64,000 nt of DNA from an uncultured Geobacteraceae bacterium (GTDB lineage: Bacteria > Desulfobacterota > Desulfuromonadia > Geobacterales > CAIOGM01): the NCBI GenBank assembly GCA_903902345.1, contig CAIUUR010000414.1, positions 2,353-66,352 of the forward strand. Reading direction: 5' to 3'. This document shows, piece after piece, positions 54,387 through 63,583 of the stretch; position 1 is the first letter of the stretch, and every line of letters starts with the position of its first letter. Position numbers and translations under genes: made by a program. Below the pieces are notes generated by a model that worked only from the letters and a program-made list of their open reading frames with translations, had not been told where the DNA came from and ran no database searches.

Positions 54387-56111
54387 TTACCTCACTGCCA
54401 ACCGGTTCACCTTGAGACTCCCCTTGGCCACGGTCAGCTTACCCTGTAGAGACGTCATCCCCGTGGGGAGGGGCGAGTACGGGGAGTCATACCCACCGTT
54501 GATGGCGAAATCGAACCCCTGGTCGAGCATCAGCTCCCCGGTGAAGGTGGTTCCCTGGGCCTCGATTACTGCGCCATTGAAGGCTGCGGTGCAGGCGTTG
54601 GCGAGTGTTTGGAAATAGGTTGTGCCGATTCGTGCCGGAAGGAGTTTGCCGATAACGTCCACCGGGGGAGCGTAGGTAGCGGTTACCGTCCGATTGGAGC
54701 CCATGGTTACGGTGCATCGGAATTCGGCGCGGGGCCACGATGGTGTGGCGTTGTCGCACCCCTCCCACCCCAGAAACCAGTTCCCCTCGCTGCTCAGGGG
54801 AGGGGCCGCAAGTGTAACGGTGGTATCGGGGAGGTAGATCAGAGAAGACGAGTTGGAGATGAGATAGCTCTGGGCGACCGCTGGGGGGGCATACATGATG
54901 CCGGCAGCGTTGCCGACGGAGTAGTCTTGTATGTAGACGAAACCGCCGGTGGAGGCGGCCGTTAAGGTGGTTGTCTCCACGAAGCTGTACAGAAATGCCG
55001 TTCCTTCCTCTCCGCCGACAAGAACCCTCCCGTCCTGGAGTTTTACCGCAGGAGAACCGGCGCCCCTGGCCAGAGGTGCATTGACGGAAAAGGTCGCGGT
55101 GAGGGGATCGTAGAGCTCGCCATATCCGCCGGTGAAGAGCGTGGCGTTGTCACTCCCGCCACTGATCAGCACCTTTCCGTTGTCCAGAACTGTCGCCGCA
55201 TGCCCCACATGTCCGTTGTTCATCTTTGAAATTGCCGTAAACTTCCCCGTGGCTGGATCGAACAGTTCCGCGAGGAGGTTGCCAAAGGGAGAAACGTTGC
55301 ACCACCCCGAGCAGATCTGGGTCCCCCCCGCCAGGAGGAGTGTGCCGTTGTCCAGCAGTGTCGCGGTATGATAGGCCCTGTCGGTGGTCATGAAGCCAAT
55401 GATTGAGCAGGTTTTTTGGGCAGGGTCGTATCTCTCCACCGTCGGTATGGATTGCAATCCGATACTATTCATGGTCAATCCTCCCGCCATGAGGACCGTA
55501 CCGTCCTGCAGGAGCGTGGCGGTGTGGCCGTAGCGGGCAAGGGTCAGTTCTCCCGCCGGAGCGAAGCTCCCTGTGACGGGGTCGTACTCCTCCATGCTGC
55601 CGTCGCTGTAGATCCCGTCAGGACTCCCCCCCGCCACAAGGACCCTGCCGTCCGGTAATCCGGTCGCAGTGTGGTTCATGCGAGGCGTCCCCATATCACC
55701 GGTGCGGGAAAAGGCGCCGCTTTGAGGATCGTACAGTTCCGCACTCCCCAGGACCCTGGAGGAGAAGTTGTCCCCCCCTGTGATGAGCACCTTGCCGCTG
55801 GTCAGCAGGGTCGCTCCATGGTGATAACGAGCCGTTCCCATACTCCCGGTGGTGGTGAATGTTCCGGAGGCCGGGTCGAACAGTTCCGCACCGTTGAGAA
55901 CGTCACTCCCGCTTATCCCTCCGGTGATGAGCACCTTGCCGCTGGGGAGGAGGGTGGCTGTCTGCAGCGTCCGCGCCGCCGTCACCATGCTCCCCGTGGG
56001 GGTGAACCCGGCGGCTTGTACCGTCGCCACTCCCGTTCCCGGAAACAGGGCCACGCCGAGTAACATAACCATATATCGCGCGATGCAAAGCGCTTCGAGC
56101 CGCCTGATCAT
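54387..56111 (-). CDS. Secreted Kelch-repeat beta-propeller protein with C-terminal extension
   Basis: 574 aa. Has a signal-like N-terminus and seven L..G.VL..GG Kelch signatures (LPSGKVLITGG, LTSGKVLITGG, LPDGRVLVAGG, LQDGTVLMAGG, LDNGTLLLAGG, LDNGKVLISGG, LQDGRVLVGG). GGGAGG RBS. Confidence 0.8.
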   Translation of the reverse strand: MIRRLEALCIARYMVMLLGVALFPGTGVATVQAAGFTPTGSMVTAARTLQTATLLPSGKVLITGGISGSDVLNGAELFDPASGTFTTTGSMGTARYHHGATLLTSGKVLITGGDNFSSRVLGSAELYDPQSGAFSRTGDMGTPRMNHTATGLPDGRVLVAGGSPDGIYSDGSMEEYDPVTGSFAPAGELTLARYGHTATLLQDGTVLMAGGLTMNSIGLQSIPTVERYDPAQKTCSIIGFMTTDRAYHTATLLDNGTLLLAGGTQICSGWCNVSPFGNLLAELFDPATGKFTAISKMNNGHVGHAATVLDNGKVLISGGSDNATLFTGGYGELYDPLTATFSVNAPLARGAGSPAVKLQDGRVLVGGEEGTAFLYSFVETTTLTAASTGGFVYIQDYSVGNAAGIMYAPPAVAQSYLISNSSSLIYLPDTTVTLAAPPLSSEGNWFLGWEGCDNATPSWPRAEFRCTVTMGSNRTVTATYAPPVDVIGKLLPARIGTTYFQTLANACTAAFNGAVIEAQGTTFTGELMLDQGFDFAINGGYDSPYSPLPTGMTSLQGKLTVAKGSLKVNRLAVR

Positions 56112-56168
56112 GGTGCCTCCCGTCGTTGATTGCGGTTGGATGAGCCCCGGAAGGGGGTTGAAACGGAC

Positions 56169-56197
56169 GAAGGCCGGATGGTTTCCATCCGGCCTTC
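56169..56197 (-). terminator. Perfect 13-bp hairpin downstream of metK
   Basis: GAAGGCCGGATGG-TTT-CCATCCGGCCTTC. The trailing U-run on the - strand is weak (GUCCGUUUC). Confidence 0.55.
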
Positions 56198-56203
56198 ATC
56201 CGT

Positions 56204-56238
56204 AATTATCAATTTTCAATTATCAACTGTCAATTGCC
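56204..56238. repeat. Five-unit heptanucleotide tract (AAYTNYC) abutting the metK stop
   Basis: AATTATC AATTTTC AATTATC AACTGTC AATTGCC. Confidence 0.7.
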
Positions 56239-56239
56239 G

Positions 56240-57418
56240 TTACAGTCCTGCCTTCTCCCTGAGGATCTCCACCTTGTCGGTTCGTTCCCAGGTGAACTCG
56301 GGGAGCTCTCGACCGAAGTGGCCGTAAGCTGCGGTCAGTTTGTAGATGGGACGGAGCAGATCAAGTTGTTCGATGATGGCCCTGGGTCGCATGTCGAAGA
56401 CCTCCCGGACGATCTCGGCAATGCGGGCCGAGGGGATCTTCCCTGTGCCGGCGGTGTCCACCAGGATGGAGACCGGTTGGGCCACGCCGATGGCATAAGC
56501 CACCTGGATCTCGCACTTATCGCAGAGACCAGCCGCCACCAGGTTCTTTGCCACGTAGCGCCCCATATAGGCGGCGGAGCGGTCGACCTTGGAGGGATCC
56601 TTGCCGGAGAAGGCGCCGCCGCCGTGGGCGCCGTGGCCGCCGTAGCTGTCCACGATGATCTTCCGGCCGGTGAGGCCGCAATCCCCCATGGGGCCACCTA
56701 CGACGAAACGGCCGGTGGGGTTGATGAGGTAGCGGGTCTTGTCGGTGATCATTCCGGCGGGGATGATCTTCTTCACCACCTCTTCGATGATCCCTTCTTC
56801 GATCTGCTTGTGGGTGACCTCGGGGGTATGTTGGGAGGAGATGACTACCGTATCCACATAGGCCGGTTTGCCGTCGACGTACTGGATGGAGACCTGGGAC
56901 TTGGAGTCGGGGCGGAGGAAATTGAGCAGACCGCTTTTCCGGACGTCAGCCAGTTTCTTTACCAGTTGGTGAGAAAAGAGAATCGTCATCGGCATCAGTT
57001 CTGCCGTCTCGTTGCAGGCGTAGCCGAACATGAGTCCCTGGTCGCCGGCCCCCTGCTCCTTGAAGAGCCCTTCACCTTCGGTGACCCCCTGGGAGATGTC
57101 GGGAGACTGCTTGTCTATGGAAATCAGTACCGCGCAGGTCTCGCCGTCAAAGCCCATCTGGGAGTCGTTGTAGCCGATTTCCAGGATGGTTTCACGGACG
57201 ATCTTCGGGTAGTCGATGATGGCGTTGGTGGTAATCTCTCCGGCAACAACAGCCATGCCGGTGGTGACGAGTGTTTCGCAGGCGACCCGCGACCGGGGGT
57301 CCTGGGTCAGGATGGCGTCAAGGATCGAGTCGGAGATCTGGTCGGCGACCTTGTCGGGGTGTCCTTCGGAGACCGATTCCGAGGTGAAGATGTAGTTATC
57401 CATTTCCAATGCGCTCAT
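56240..57418 (-). CDS. metK: S-adenosylmethionine synthetase
   Basis: …[29 protein letters not shown]… plus other canonical MetK motifs. The start is ambiguous among ATG 57436, 57418 and 57403; 57418 follows GGAGG. Confidence 0.96.
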   Translation of the reverse strand: MSALEMDNYIFTSESVSEGHPDKVADQISDSILDAILTQDPRSRVACETLVTTGMAVVAGEITTNAIIDYPKIVRETILEIGYNDSQMGFDGETCAVLISIDKQSPDISQGVTEGEGLFKEQGAGDQGLMFGYACNETAELMPMTILFSHQLVKKLADVRKSGLLNFLRPDSKSQVSIQYVDGKPAYVDTVVISSQHTPEVTHKQIEEGIIEEVVKKIIPAGMITDKTRYLINPTGRFVVGGPMGDCGLTGRKIIVDSYGGHGAHGGGAFSGKDPSKVDRSAAYMGRYVAKNLVAAGLCDKCEIQVAYAIGVAQPVSILVDTAGTGKIPSARIAEIVREVFDMRPRAIIEQLDLLRPIYKLTAAYGHFGRELPEFTWERTDKVEILREKAGL

Positions 57419-57482
57419 AGGTGCTGAAACCTCCATGAAGAGATGAGATTGCCGTATCGGTGGCGGTATAAAGACCGGTCAA

Positions 57483-57510
57483 GATATACGGTGACCTGTA
57501 CGACTGTCAA
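57483..57510 (-). promoter_or_regulatory. Candidate metK promoter
   Basis: On the - strand: TTGACA (57505-57510), 16-nt spacer, TATATC (57483-57488). About 65 nt upstream of ATG 57418. Confidence 0.45.
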
Positions 57511-57598
57511 GAAAAAAGCCGTCATGACTCTTGACGATCAGGGGGAACGGTGGAAGTCCAACGCCGTTTGAGGGGGATGGGGATATTCGGGATATCCC

Positions 57599-57627
57599 TT
57601 GACATTCAGGGTGATATGCCCTAATAT
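57599..57627 (+). promoter_or_regulatory. Near-consensus sigma70 promoter facing the ORF-free region upstream of the 5-formyl-THF cyclo-ligase gene
   Basis: TTGACA 57599-57604, 17-nt spacer, TAATAT 57622-57627. The palindrome GGATAT-N5-ATATCC (57581-57597) abuts the -35. Confidence 0.6.
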
Positions 57628-57633
57628 GCGCCC

Positions 57634-57800
57634 TCTTACGTATCCGGGAGAGCCTTCGTCACGTAAAAGGTTCGACACTCCCCCGCATACTTTTTGATAG
57701 GAATTGCTAGGCTCGAGCGGTTTCGGCCGTGAGGGGTGGAGGGGAAGTCGTCCCGCCCAAGGATCCTGCTGGTACAGCAGATTGATATATATGCCTTTTT
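57634..57800 (+). ncRNA. ssrS: Candidate 6S RNA (ends uncertain)
   Basis: About 300 nt without a credible ORF between a strong promoter and ygfA. The ssrS-ygfA linkage is conserved in many proteobacteria. I can draw an irregular long hairpin (CGAC..UCCCC 57673-57683 with GGGGA.GUCG 57741-50) with A/U-rich unpaired segments on both sides. A small hairpin CTGCTG-GTA-CAGCAG (57766-57780) precedes a U-run at 57796-57800. Not verified against a covariance model. Confidence 0.35.
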
Positions 57801-57935
57801 AGAGGTTTCGTGGGTTATCGCCCGGTTAGCCTGCCGCGCATTACGGTTCCCTCATATCATCTGCCCCGTCTTGGACCTCCCTCTCGCCGTCGCCCCCCCC
57901 CGGCACCTTTTTTTGCGAAAGAGTCATCTACGTGT

Positions 57936-58496
57936 ATGCCAAAAAAAACTCTCCGACGCGTCATGCTGGAGCGGCGCTCCGCGCTTTCTCCCGACTTGTG
58001 GCTATCGCTGAGTTCCCTCGTTCAGCAGCGCTTTCTGGCATCGGAACTGTTCGCACGGGCCATGACTCTTGCCCTATATGTTCCGGTGCGGTGCGAAGTG
58101 GATACGGCGGACGTCATGGGTGCGGCGCTTGCCGGAGGGAAAAAGCTCATCCTGCCCGTGGTTCACGGGGAGGGTCTCCTCTTCCGGGAGATCACGGGGG
58201 TGCATGACCTGGCAGTGGGGGCGTTCGGGATTGCCGAGCCGGTGGCGTCTTGCCCGGAGCGACTTCCTGAAGAAGCCGACTGTATTGTCATTCCGGGAGT
58301 TGCCTATGACCGGAGCGGCCGACGGATCGGCTACGGGAAGGGGTTTTACGACCGAACGTTGCATCACCTGGAGGGGATGGGACGACTGGTCGGCTTTTGT
58401 TTCGATTTCCAGTTGGTGGAAGAGATCTTCGGCGAACCACACGACGTGGCGCTGGATCTGATCATAACCGAACGACAGGCTCTGTCGGTTCGGTAA
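57936..58496 (+). CDS. ygfA: 5-formyltetrahydrofolate cyclo-ligase
   Basis: Track ORF starts at 57810. Trimmed to ATG 57936 ([18 protein letters not shown]…). Family motifs …[12 protein letters not shown]… and …[23 protein letters not shown]. Confidence 0.88.
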   Translation: MPKKTLRRVMLERRSALSPDLWLSLSSLVQQRFLASELFARAMTLALYVPVRCEVDTADVMGAALAGGKKLILPVVHGEGLLFREITGVHDLAVGAFGIAEPVASCPERLPEEADCIVIPGVAYDRSGRRIGYGKGFYDRTLHHLEGMGRLVGFCFDFQLVEEIFGEPHDVALDLIITERQALSVR

Positions 58497-58518
58497 CTAT
58501 AGAAAGGGGGTAGGTGCA

Positions 58519-60087
58519 GTGAAAATTGATATCATGTTTGTCGTGATCCTCCTCGCGGTTGCCGGTGGAATCGGCTATTTCGTCGGGAACCTGTTGAGAA
58601 AGAAGTACTCGGATTCGTTGCTGGCGCGGTCGGAGGAGCTCGCCGCAAAAACCATCGAAGACGCCAAGCGTCAGGCTGAGACCATTGCCAAGGAGGCGAC
58701 TCTCCAGGCAAAGGATGTGGTTTATCAGGCCAAGGCCGACTTCGAACGGGAGTGCAAGGAGGCGCGCTCCGATCTCCAGACCCAGGAGAAGCGTCTGCAG
58801 CAGAAGGACGAGCACCTGGAAAACAAGATGAACCTCTTCGACCAGCGGGATGCGGAACTGGTGAAGAAAGAGCAGTCGGTAATCTCCCGTGATCAGGCGC
58901 TGGTGACGAAGGAGCAGAAGATCGGCGAACTTCATGAACAGGCGCGTCTGAAGCTGGAAGAGGTTTCGGGGCTGACCGCCACGGAAGCCAAGCAGATCCT
59001 CATGGATGGCATGATTGACGAGGCGAAGTTCGATGCCGCCAAGAAGATCAGGGTGATAGAAGAAGAGGCGCGGGAGACCGCGGACAAAAAGTCCAAGGAG
59101 ATCCTGGCCCTGGCGATTCAGCGGTACGCAGGCGAATACGTCGCGGAGCGGACCGTCTCCGTCGTGGCGCTTCCCTCCGACGAGATGAAGGGGCGGATCA
59201 TTGGCCGGGAAGGGCGCAATATTCGGGCTCTGGAGGCGGCCACCGGGATCGACCTCATCATCGACGACACTCCCGAGGCGGTAATCCTCTCCGGATTCAA
59301 CCCCGTCCGGCGTGAGGTGGCCAAGCTCTCTTTGGAAAAACTCATCGCCGATGGTCGGATTCATCCCGGCCGCATCGAAGAGGTGGTGGCTAAGGCCACC
59401 GAAGAGGTGGAGCAGGCGATCAAGGAAGCAGGAGAGCAGGCAGCCTTCGATCTGGGGGTTCACGGCATTCATCCCGAGATTCTCAAGCTCATCGGACGGC
59501 TTCGCTATCGGACCTCCTACAGCCAGAACGTTTATCAGCACTCTCTGGAAGTTGCTTTCATCTGCGGGATCATGGCGGCCGAACTGGGAATCAATGTCAA
59601 GCAGGCCAAGCGGGCCGGTCTTCTGCACGATCTGGGGAAGGCGGTGGACCACGAGGTGGAAGGGTCCCATGCCGTCATCGGGGCCGATATCGCCCGGAAG
59701 TACGGCGAATCGCCCAAGATCATTCACGCCATCATGGCGCATCATGAGGATGAGAAGCCGGCCACCGTGCTGGCGGTGCTCGTTCAGGCGGCCGACGCCC
59801 TCTCCGGAGCCCGTCCCGGCGCCCGGCGCGAGATGATGGAGACCTACGTCAAGCGGTTGGAGGACCTGGAGCGGATCGCCACCTCCTTTGGCGGTGTCAC
59901 CAACTCCTTCGCCATCCAGGCCGGCCGGGAGATTCGGGTCATGGTCTCCAGCGAAGAGGTGAGCGACGATCGGACCCTCATCCTGGCCAAGGACATCGCC
60001 AAGAAGATCGAGGCGGAGATGACCTACCCCGGCCAGATCAAGGTTCATGTCATCAGGGAAACGCGGGCAGTGGATTATGCCCGTTAA
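58519..60087 (+). CDS. rny: Ribonuclease Y
   Basis: 522 aa, GTG start. Has an N-terminal TM helix, a coiled coil, a KH domain ([13 protein letters not shown]) and an HD domain (LLHDLGKA). Confidence 0.95.
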   Translation: MKIDIMFVVILLAVAGGIGYFVGNLLRKKYSDSLLARSEELAAKTIEDAKRQAETIAKEATLQAKDVVYQAKADFERECKEARSDLQTQEKRLQQKDEHLENKMNLFDQRDAELVKKEQSVISRDQALVTKEQKIGELHEQARLKLEEVSGLTATEAKQILMDGMIDEAKFDAAKKIRVIEEEARETADKKSKEILALAIQRYAGEYVAERTVSVVALPSDEMKGRIIGREGRNIRALEAATGIDLIIDDTPEAVILSGFNPVRREVAKLSLEKLIADGRIHPGRIEEVVAKATEEVEQAIKEAGEQAAFDLGVHGIHPEILKLIGRLRYRTSYSQNVYQHSLEVAFICGIMAAELGINVKQAKRAGLLHDLGKAVDHEVEGSHAVIGADIARKYGESPKIIHAIMAHHEDEKPATVLAVLVQAADALSGARPGARREMMETYVKRLEDLERIATSFGGVTNSFAIQAGREIRVMVSSEEVSDDRTLILAKDIAKKIEAEMTYPGQIKVHVIRETRAVDYAR

Positions 60088-60865
60088 GGTTCTTTTTATC
60101 GGGGACCTGGTGGGTAAGCCGGGACGTCAGGCGGTATCGCGGGAGCTGCACCGTCTGGTGGACCGTCACGCCGTGGATCTGGTGGTGGCCAATGGAGAGA
60201 ATATGGCCGGCGGCTTTGGTATCACCGAGGAGACCGCCCGGGAGCTTTTCGATCTGGGGGTACACGTCCTCACCAGCGGCAATCATATCTGGGATAAGCG
60301 GGAATCGTATGCCTACCTGAACCGTGAGACGCGGATTATCCGGCCGGCCAACTACCCGGAAGGGGCTCCGGCGCGGGGGAGCATCGTGGTGAAGACCTCG
60401 GGGGGGGTGAAGATCGGCCTCCTCAATCTGGAGGGGCGGGTCTTCATGAATAATCTGGAGTGTCCCTTTCGAACGGCAGACCGGGAGGTCGCCCGTCTTC
60501 GGGAGGAAACACCGATCATCCTCGTGGATTTTCATGCCGAGGCCACATCGGAAAAGGCATCCTTGGGATGGTACCTGGACGGGCGGGTAAGCGCGGTCAT
60601 CGGCACCCACACCCATGTCCAGACTGCGGATGAGAGAATCCTTCCGGGGGGGACCGCCTACATCACCGATGCGGGGATGACGGGGAGCTTCGATTCGGTG
60701 ATAGGGGTTCGTAAGGAAGAGCCGATTCAGAAGTTTCTGACCCAGCTCCCCGCCAAGTTTGAGGTGGCCAAGAGAGACATCCGGCTGAACGGAGTGGTTG
60801 TCACGGTGGACAACGGGACGGGGCGGGCCTCGGCCATCGAGCGGGTTAACGTGGCCTGTGGGTAG
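60077..60865 (+). CDS. ymdB: YmdB-family (TIGR00282) metallophosphoesterase
   Basis: Trimmed to ATG 60077 ([17 protein letters not shown]…[11 protein letters not shown]…GNHIWDK). The rny-ymdB linkage is conserved. Confidence 0.9.
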   Translation: MPVKVLFIGDLVGKPGRQAVSRELHRLVDRHAVDLVVANGENMAGGFGITEETARELFDLGVHVLTSGNHIWDKRESYAYLNRETRIIRPANYPEGAPARGSIVVKTSGGVKIGLLNLEGRVFMNNLECPFRTADREVARLREETPIILVDFHAEATSEKASLGWYLDGRVSAVIGTHTHVQTADERILPGGTAYITDAGMTGSFDSVIGVRKEEPIQKFLTQLPAKFEVAKRDIRLNGVVVTVDNGTGRASAIERVNVACG

Positions 60866-60870
60866 TTTGT

Positions 60871-60905
60871 TTAATCGGACTGATCTGGCCGATCAGTCCG
60901 ATTAA
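60871..60905 (+). terminator. Perfect 15-bp hairpin between ymdB and tyrS (no U-run)
   Basis: TTAATCGGACTGATC-TGGCC-GATCAGTCCGATTAA, followed by AAAACG rather than a T-run. Its function as a terminator is uncertain. Confidence 0.4.
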
Positions 60906-60923
60906 AAACGAAGGAGAAAAGCA

Positions 60924-62132
60924 ATGACTGTTGCACAGCAGATGGAGATCATCAAGAGGGGTAGTGTGGAGATCTTGGTGGAGAAGGAGCTCCTGGAGAA
61001 GCTGGAGAAATCCGCCAGGAGCGGGATTCCCCTGATCATCAAGGCAGGGTTCGACCCCACGGCGCCGGACCTTCATCTGGGACATACGGTACTGATCCAG
61101 AAGCTGCGGCAGTTTCAGTTGCTGGGTCACCATGTTCATTTCCTCATCGGCGATTTCACCGGGATGATCGGTGATCCCACCGGCAAGTCCGAGACCCGTA
61201 AGGCGCTGACCCGTGAGGATGTCCTCCGGAACGCCGAGACCTACAAAGAGCAGGTGTTCAAAATCCTCGATCCGGAGAAAACGAAGGTCGTCTTCAATTC
61301 CGACTGGCTCCTCCCGCTCTCCGCCAGCGACATGATCGCCCTGGCTTCCAAGTATACCGTGGCCCGGATGCTGGAACGGGAGGACTTCAGTAACCGTTTC
61401 GCCAATCAGCTCCCCATCAGTATTCACGAGTTCCTCTATCCGCTGATTCAGGGGTACGACTCGGTAGCATTGAAGGCCGATGTGGAGCTGGGGGGGACGG
61501 ACCAGAAATTCAACTTGCTGGTGGGTCGGGAACTTCAACGGGAGTGGGGGCAGAGTCCCCAGTCGGTCATTACCATGCCGCTTCTGGAAGGGCTGGACGG
61601 TGTCAACAAGATGTCCAAGTCGTTGGGAAATTATATCGGCATCAACGAACCGCCGGAGCAGATCTTCGGCAAGATCATGTCGATCTCCGATGACCTGATG
61701 CTTCGCTACTATGAGCTCCTCAGTGACCTGTCGCTGGACGGGCTGGCGACCCTGAAAAACGAGCTGAAGGCGCATCTGGTTCATCCCATGGATGCCAAGA
61801 AGCAGCTGGGGCGTGAGATGGTGGCCCGTTTTCACGGCGCCGCCGCTGCCGAGTCTGCCCAGGAGGAGTTCGTTCGACGTTTTCGGGACAATCAGGCTCC
61901 CGAGGAGATGCCCGAGGTGACGGTGGCGTCCGAGGAAGGGAAGATTCTTCTCAGCAGGCTGCTGGCCCAGGCCGGACTGGTTGCTTCCAACAGTGAAGGG
62001 CGCCGGGCCATCCAGGGGAGCGGAGTGAAGATCGACGGGGAAAAGATCTCCGACGACACCCTCGAACTACCCGCCGGCACCTACGTCATCCAGTTCGGCA
62101 AGCGGCGTTTCGCCCGGATCATTCTCACCTGA
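60924..62132 (+). CDS. tyrS: Tyrosyl-tRNA synthetase
   Basis: 402 aa with HIGH-type motif (APDLHLGH), KMSKS, and a C-terminal S4-like domain. Confidence 0.95.
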   Translation: MTVAQQMEIIKRGSVEILVEKELLEKLEKSARSGIPLIIKAGFDPTAPDLHLGHTVLIQKLRQFQLLGHHVHFLIGDFTGMIGDPTGKSETRKALTREDVLRNAETYKEQVFKILDPEKTKVVFNSDWLLPLSASDMIALASKYTVARMLEREDFSNRFANQLPISIHEFLYPLIQGYDSVALKADVELGGTDQKFNLLVGRELQREWGQSPQSVITMPLLEGLDGVNKMSKSLGNYIGINEPPEQIFGKIMSISDDLMLRYYELLSDLSLDGLATLKNELKAHLVHPMDAKKQLGREMVARFHGAAAAESAQEEFVRRFRDNQAPEEMPEVTVASEEGKILLSRLLAQAGLVASNSEGRRAIQGSGVKIDGEKISDDTLELPAGTYVIQFGKRRFARIILT

Positions 62133-62140
62133 TTCGGGCC

Positions 62141-63214
62141 ATGAACCACCAACCACCCCAGGAGTCCGAGTCACCAGTCACCAGTCACCAGTCACTGTCT
62201 CCGAGTCACCTGTCACCGGTCACTGCCTCCGACTCCCCACTCCCACAGTCTCCGAGTCACCAGTCACCAGTCACCAGTCACGGTCTTCCGCTTCCCCGCA
62301 TCATCATCATCCAGGGTCCCACCGCCACCGGCAAGAGCGAGCTGGCGGCCCGTCTTGCCGAGGAGTTTAACGGTGAGATCGTCGGAGCCGATTCCCTGCA
62401 GCTCTATCGGGGGATGGAGATCGGCTCGGCTGCACCCGGTCCGGAGCTCAGGGGGCGAGCGCCACACCACCTCATCGGAATTCTTGACCCGGACGCTCCT
62501 TTTACTGCTGCCGATTATGCCCGGGAGGCAGGGGAGGTCATAGCAGGGATACTTCGTCGGGGGGGGATTCCCTTTGTTACCGGGGGGACCGGTCTCTACC
62601 TCCGGGCGCTTCTGGGGGGGATGATAGAGTCGCCGGCAGGGAACGACGGCCTCCGTCGTGAACTTGCCCAACGGGGTGAGCTCCATGGATTTGCGTCCCT
62701 CCTGGAGGAGCTGAAGCAGGTTGATCCGGAAACCGGAGCGCGGCTTCATCCAAACGACCGGCTGCGGATCGTCCGGGCGCTGGAAGTTTGCCGAGCCACC
62801 GGTGTTCCCTTCTCACAGATGACCCGTGAGCACGGCTTCAGGGAAGAGCGGTACTCCGTCCTGAAGGTCGGGATCACCCGGGAGCGTTCCCAGTTGTACC
62901 GGCGAGTGGAAGAGCGGGTAGAGGGAATGCTGGTCGACGGATTGGTGGATGAGGTCAGGGGGCTGTTGGCACGTGGATATTCTCCGGATCTCAAGAGCAT
63001 GCGCGCCATCGGCTACAAGGAGATTTGCCGCCATCTCTCCGGCGAAATAACTCTTCATGAGGCGGCTGAGCTGATCAAGCGGGACACCCGGCGCTACGTG
63101 AAGCGGCAACAGACATGGTTTTTTAGGGACAGCGCAACGAAATGGTTTGAATATCCTGAAAATTTTGCTAGTATTCGGTATGCTGTTGAAGAATTCATCG
63201 TCTCGCCGCGGTAA
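62141..63214 (+). CDS. miaA: tRNA dimethylallyltransferase with ~50-aa repeat-encoded N-terminal extension
   Basis: 357 aa. The P-loop GPTATGKS begins about residue 59. There is no in-frame ATG/GTG/TTG between ATG 62141 and the P-loop. The miaA-hfq order is conserved. Confidence 0.88.
   Translation: MNHQPPQESESPVTSHQSLSPSHLSPVTASDSPLPQSPSHQSPVTSHGLPLPRIIIIQGPTATGKSELAARLAEEFNGEIVGADSLQLYRGMEIGSAAPGPELRGRAPHHLIGILDPDAPFTAADYAREAGEVIAGILRRGGIPFVTGGTGLYLRALLGGMIESPAGNDGLRRELAQRGELHGFASLLEELKQVDPETGARLHPNDRLRIVRALEVCRATGVPFSQMTREHGFREERYSVLKVGITRERSQLYRRVEERVEGMLVDGLVDEVRGLLARGYSPDLKSMRAIGYKEICRHLSGEITLHEAAELIKRDTRRYVKRQQTWFFRDSATKWFEYPENFASIRYAVEEFIVSPR
62165..62286 (+). repeat. Heptanucleotide repeats (GTCACCA and variants) in two blocks inside the miaA 5' end
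   Basis: Block 1 is TCCGAGTCACCAGTCACCAGTCACCAGTCACTGTCTCCGAGTCACCTGTCACCGGTCACTG. Block 2 is GTCTCCGAGTCACCAGTCACCAGTCACCAGTCACGG. About 11 GTCAC-containing units in total. Confidence 0.85.
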
Positions 63215-63273
63215 AGCGATGAGGCTCAACATTGAGGCCCCCATGGGACCGATCATAATCCAAGGAGAGGGAA

Positions 63274-63498
63274 ATGGCGAAAGCACCGTTCAACATCCAG
63301 GACCAGTTTCTCAATCAGTCGCGTAAGGAGCACATCAGGGTCGTCATGAAGCTGATGTCCGGAGAGAAACTTGAGGGGTTCATCAAGTCCTTTGATAACT
63401 TTTCCGTGCTGATGGAAGTCCATGGCGATATCCTCATCTACAAGCATGCTATCTCGTCATTAACTTCGGTTGACGGCGCCTTCAAACTCCATCCTTAA
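63274..63498 (+). CDS. hfq: RNA chaperone Hfq
   Basis: 74 aa, …[39 protein letters not shown]…IYKHAIS. AAGGAGAGGG RBS. Confidence 0.93.
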   Translation: MAKAPFNIQDQFLNQSRKEHIRVVMKLMSGEKLEGFIKSFDNFSVLMEVHGDILIYKHAISSLTSVDGAFKLHP

Positions 63499-63512
63499 AT
63501 CGTTGGAACAGG

Positions 63513-63563
63513 CGGCAGAGGTGAGTCGGGAATGGTGACACTTCCGCCCTCTGCCGTTTTTTT
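63513..63563 (+). terminator. hfq rho-independent terminator
   Basis: CGGCAGAGG (63513-63521) pairs with CCTCTGCCG (63548-63556), followed by TTTTTTT. Confidence 0.75.
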
Positions 63564-63583
63564 GCATCAACAACGGCAAATTC

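Noticed and set aside
62165-62286. CRISPR-like interpretation of the short tandem repeats (also 41931-41968 and the hairpin arms).
   Set aside because: The units are 7-10 nt with no unique spacers of 25-40 nt, and no cas genes are in the window.
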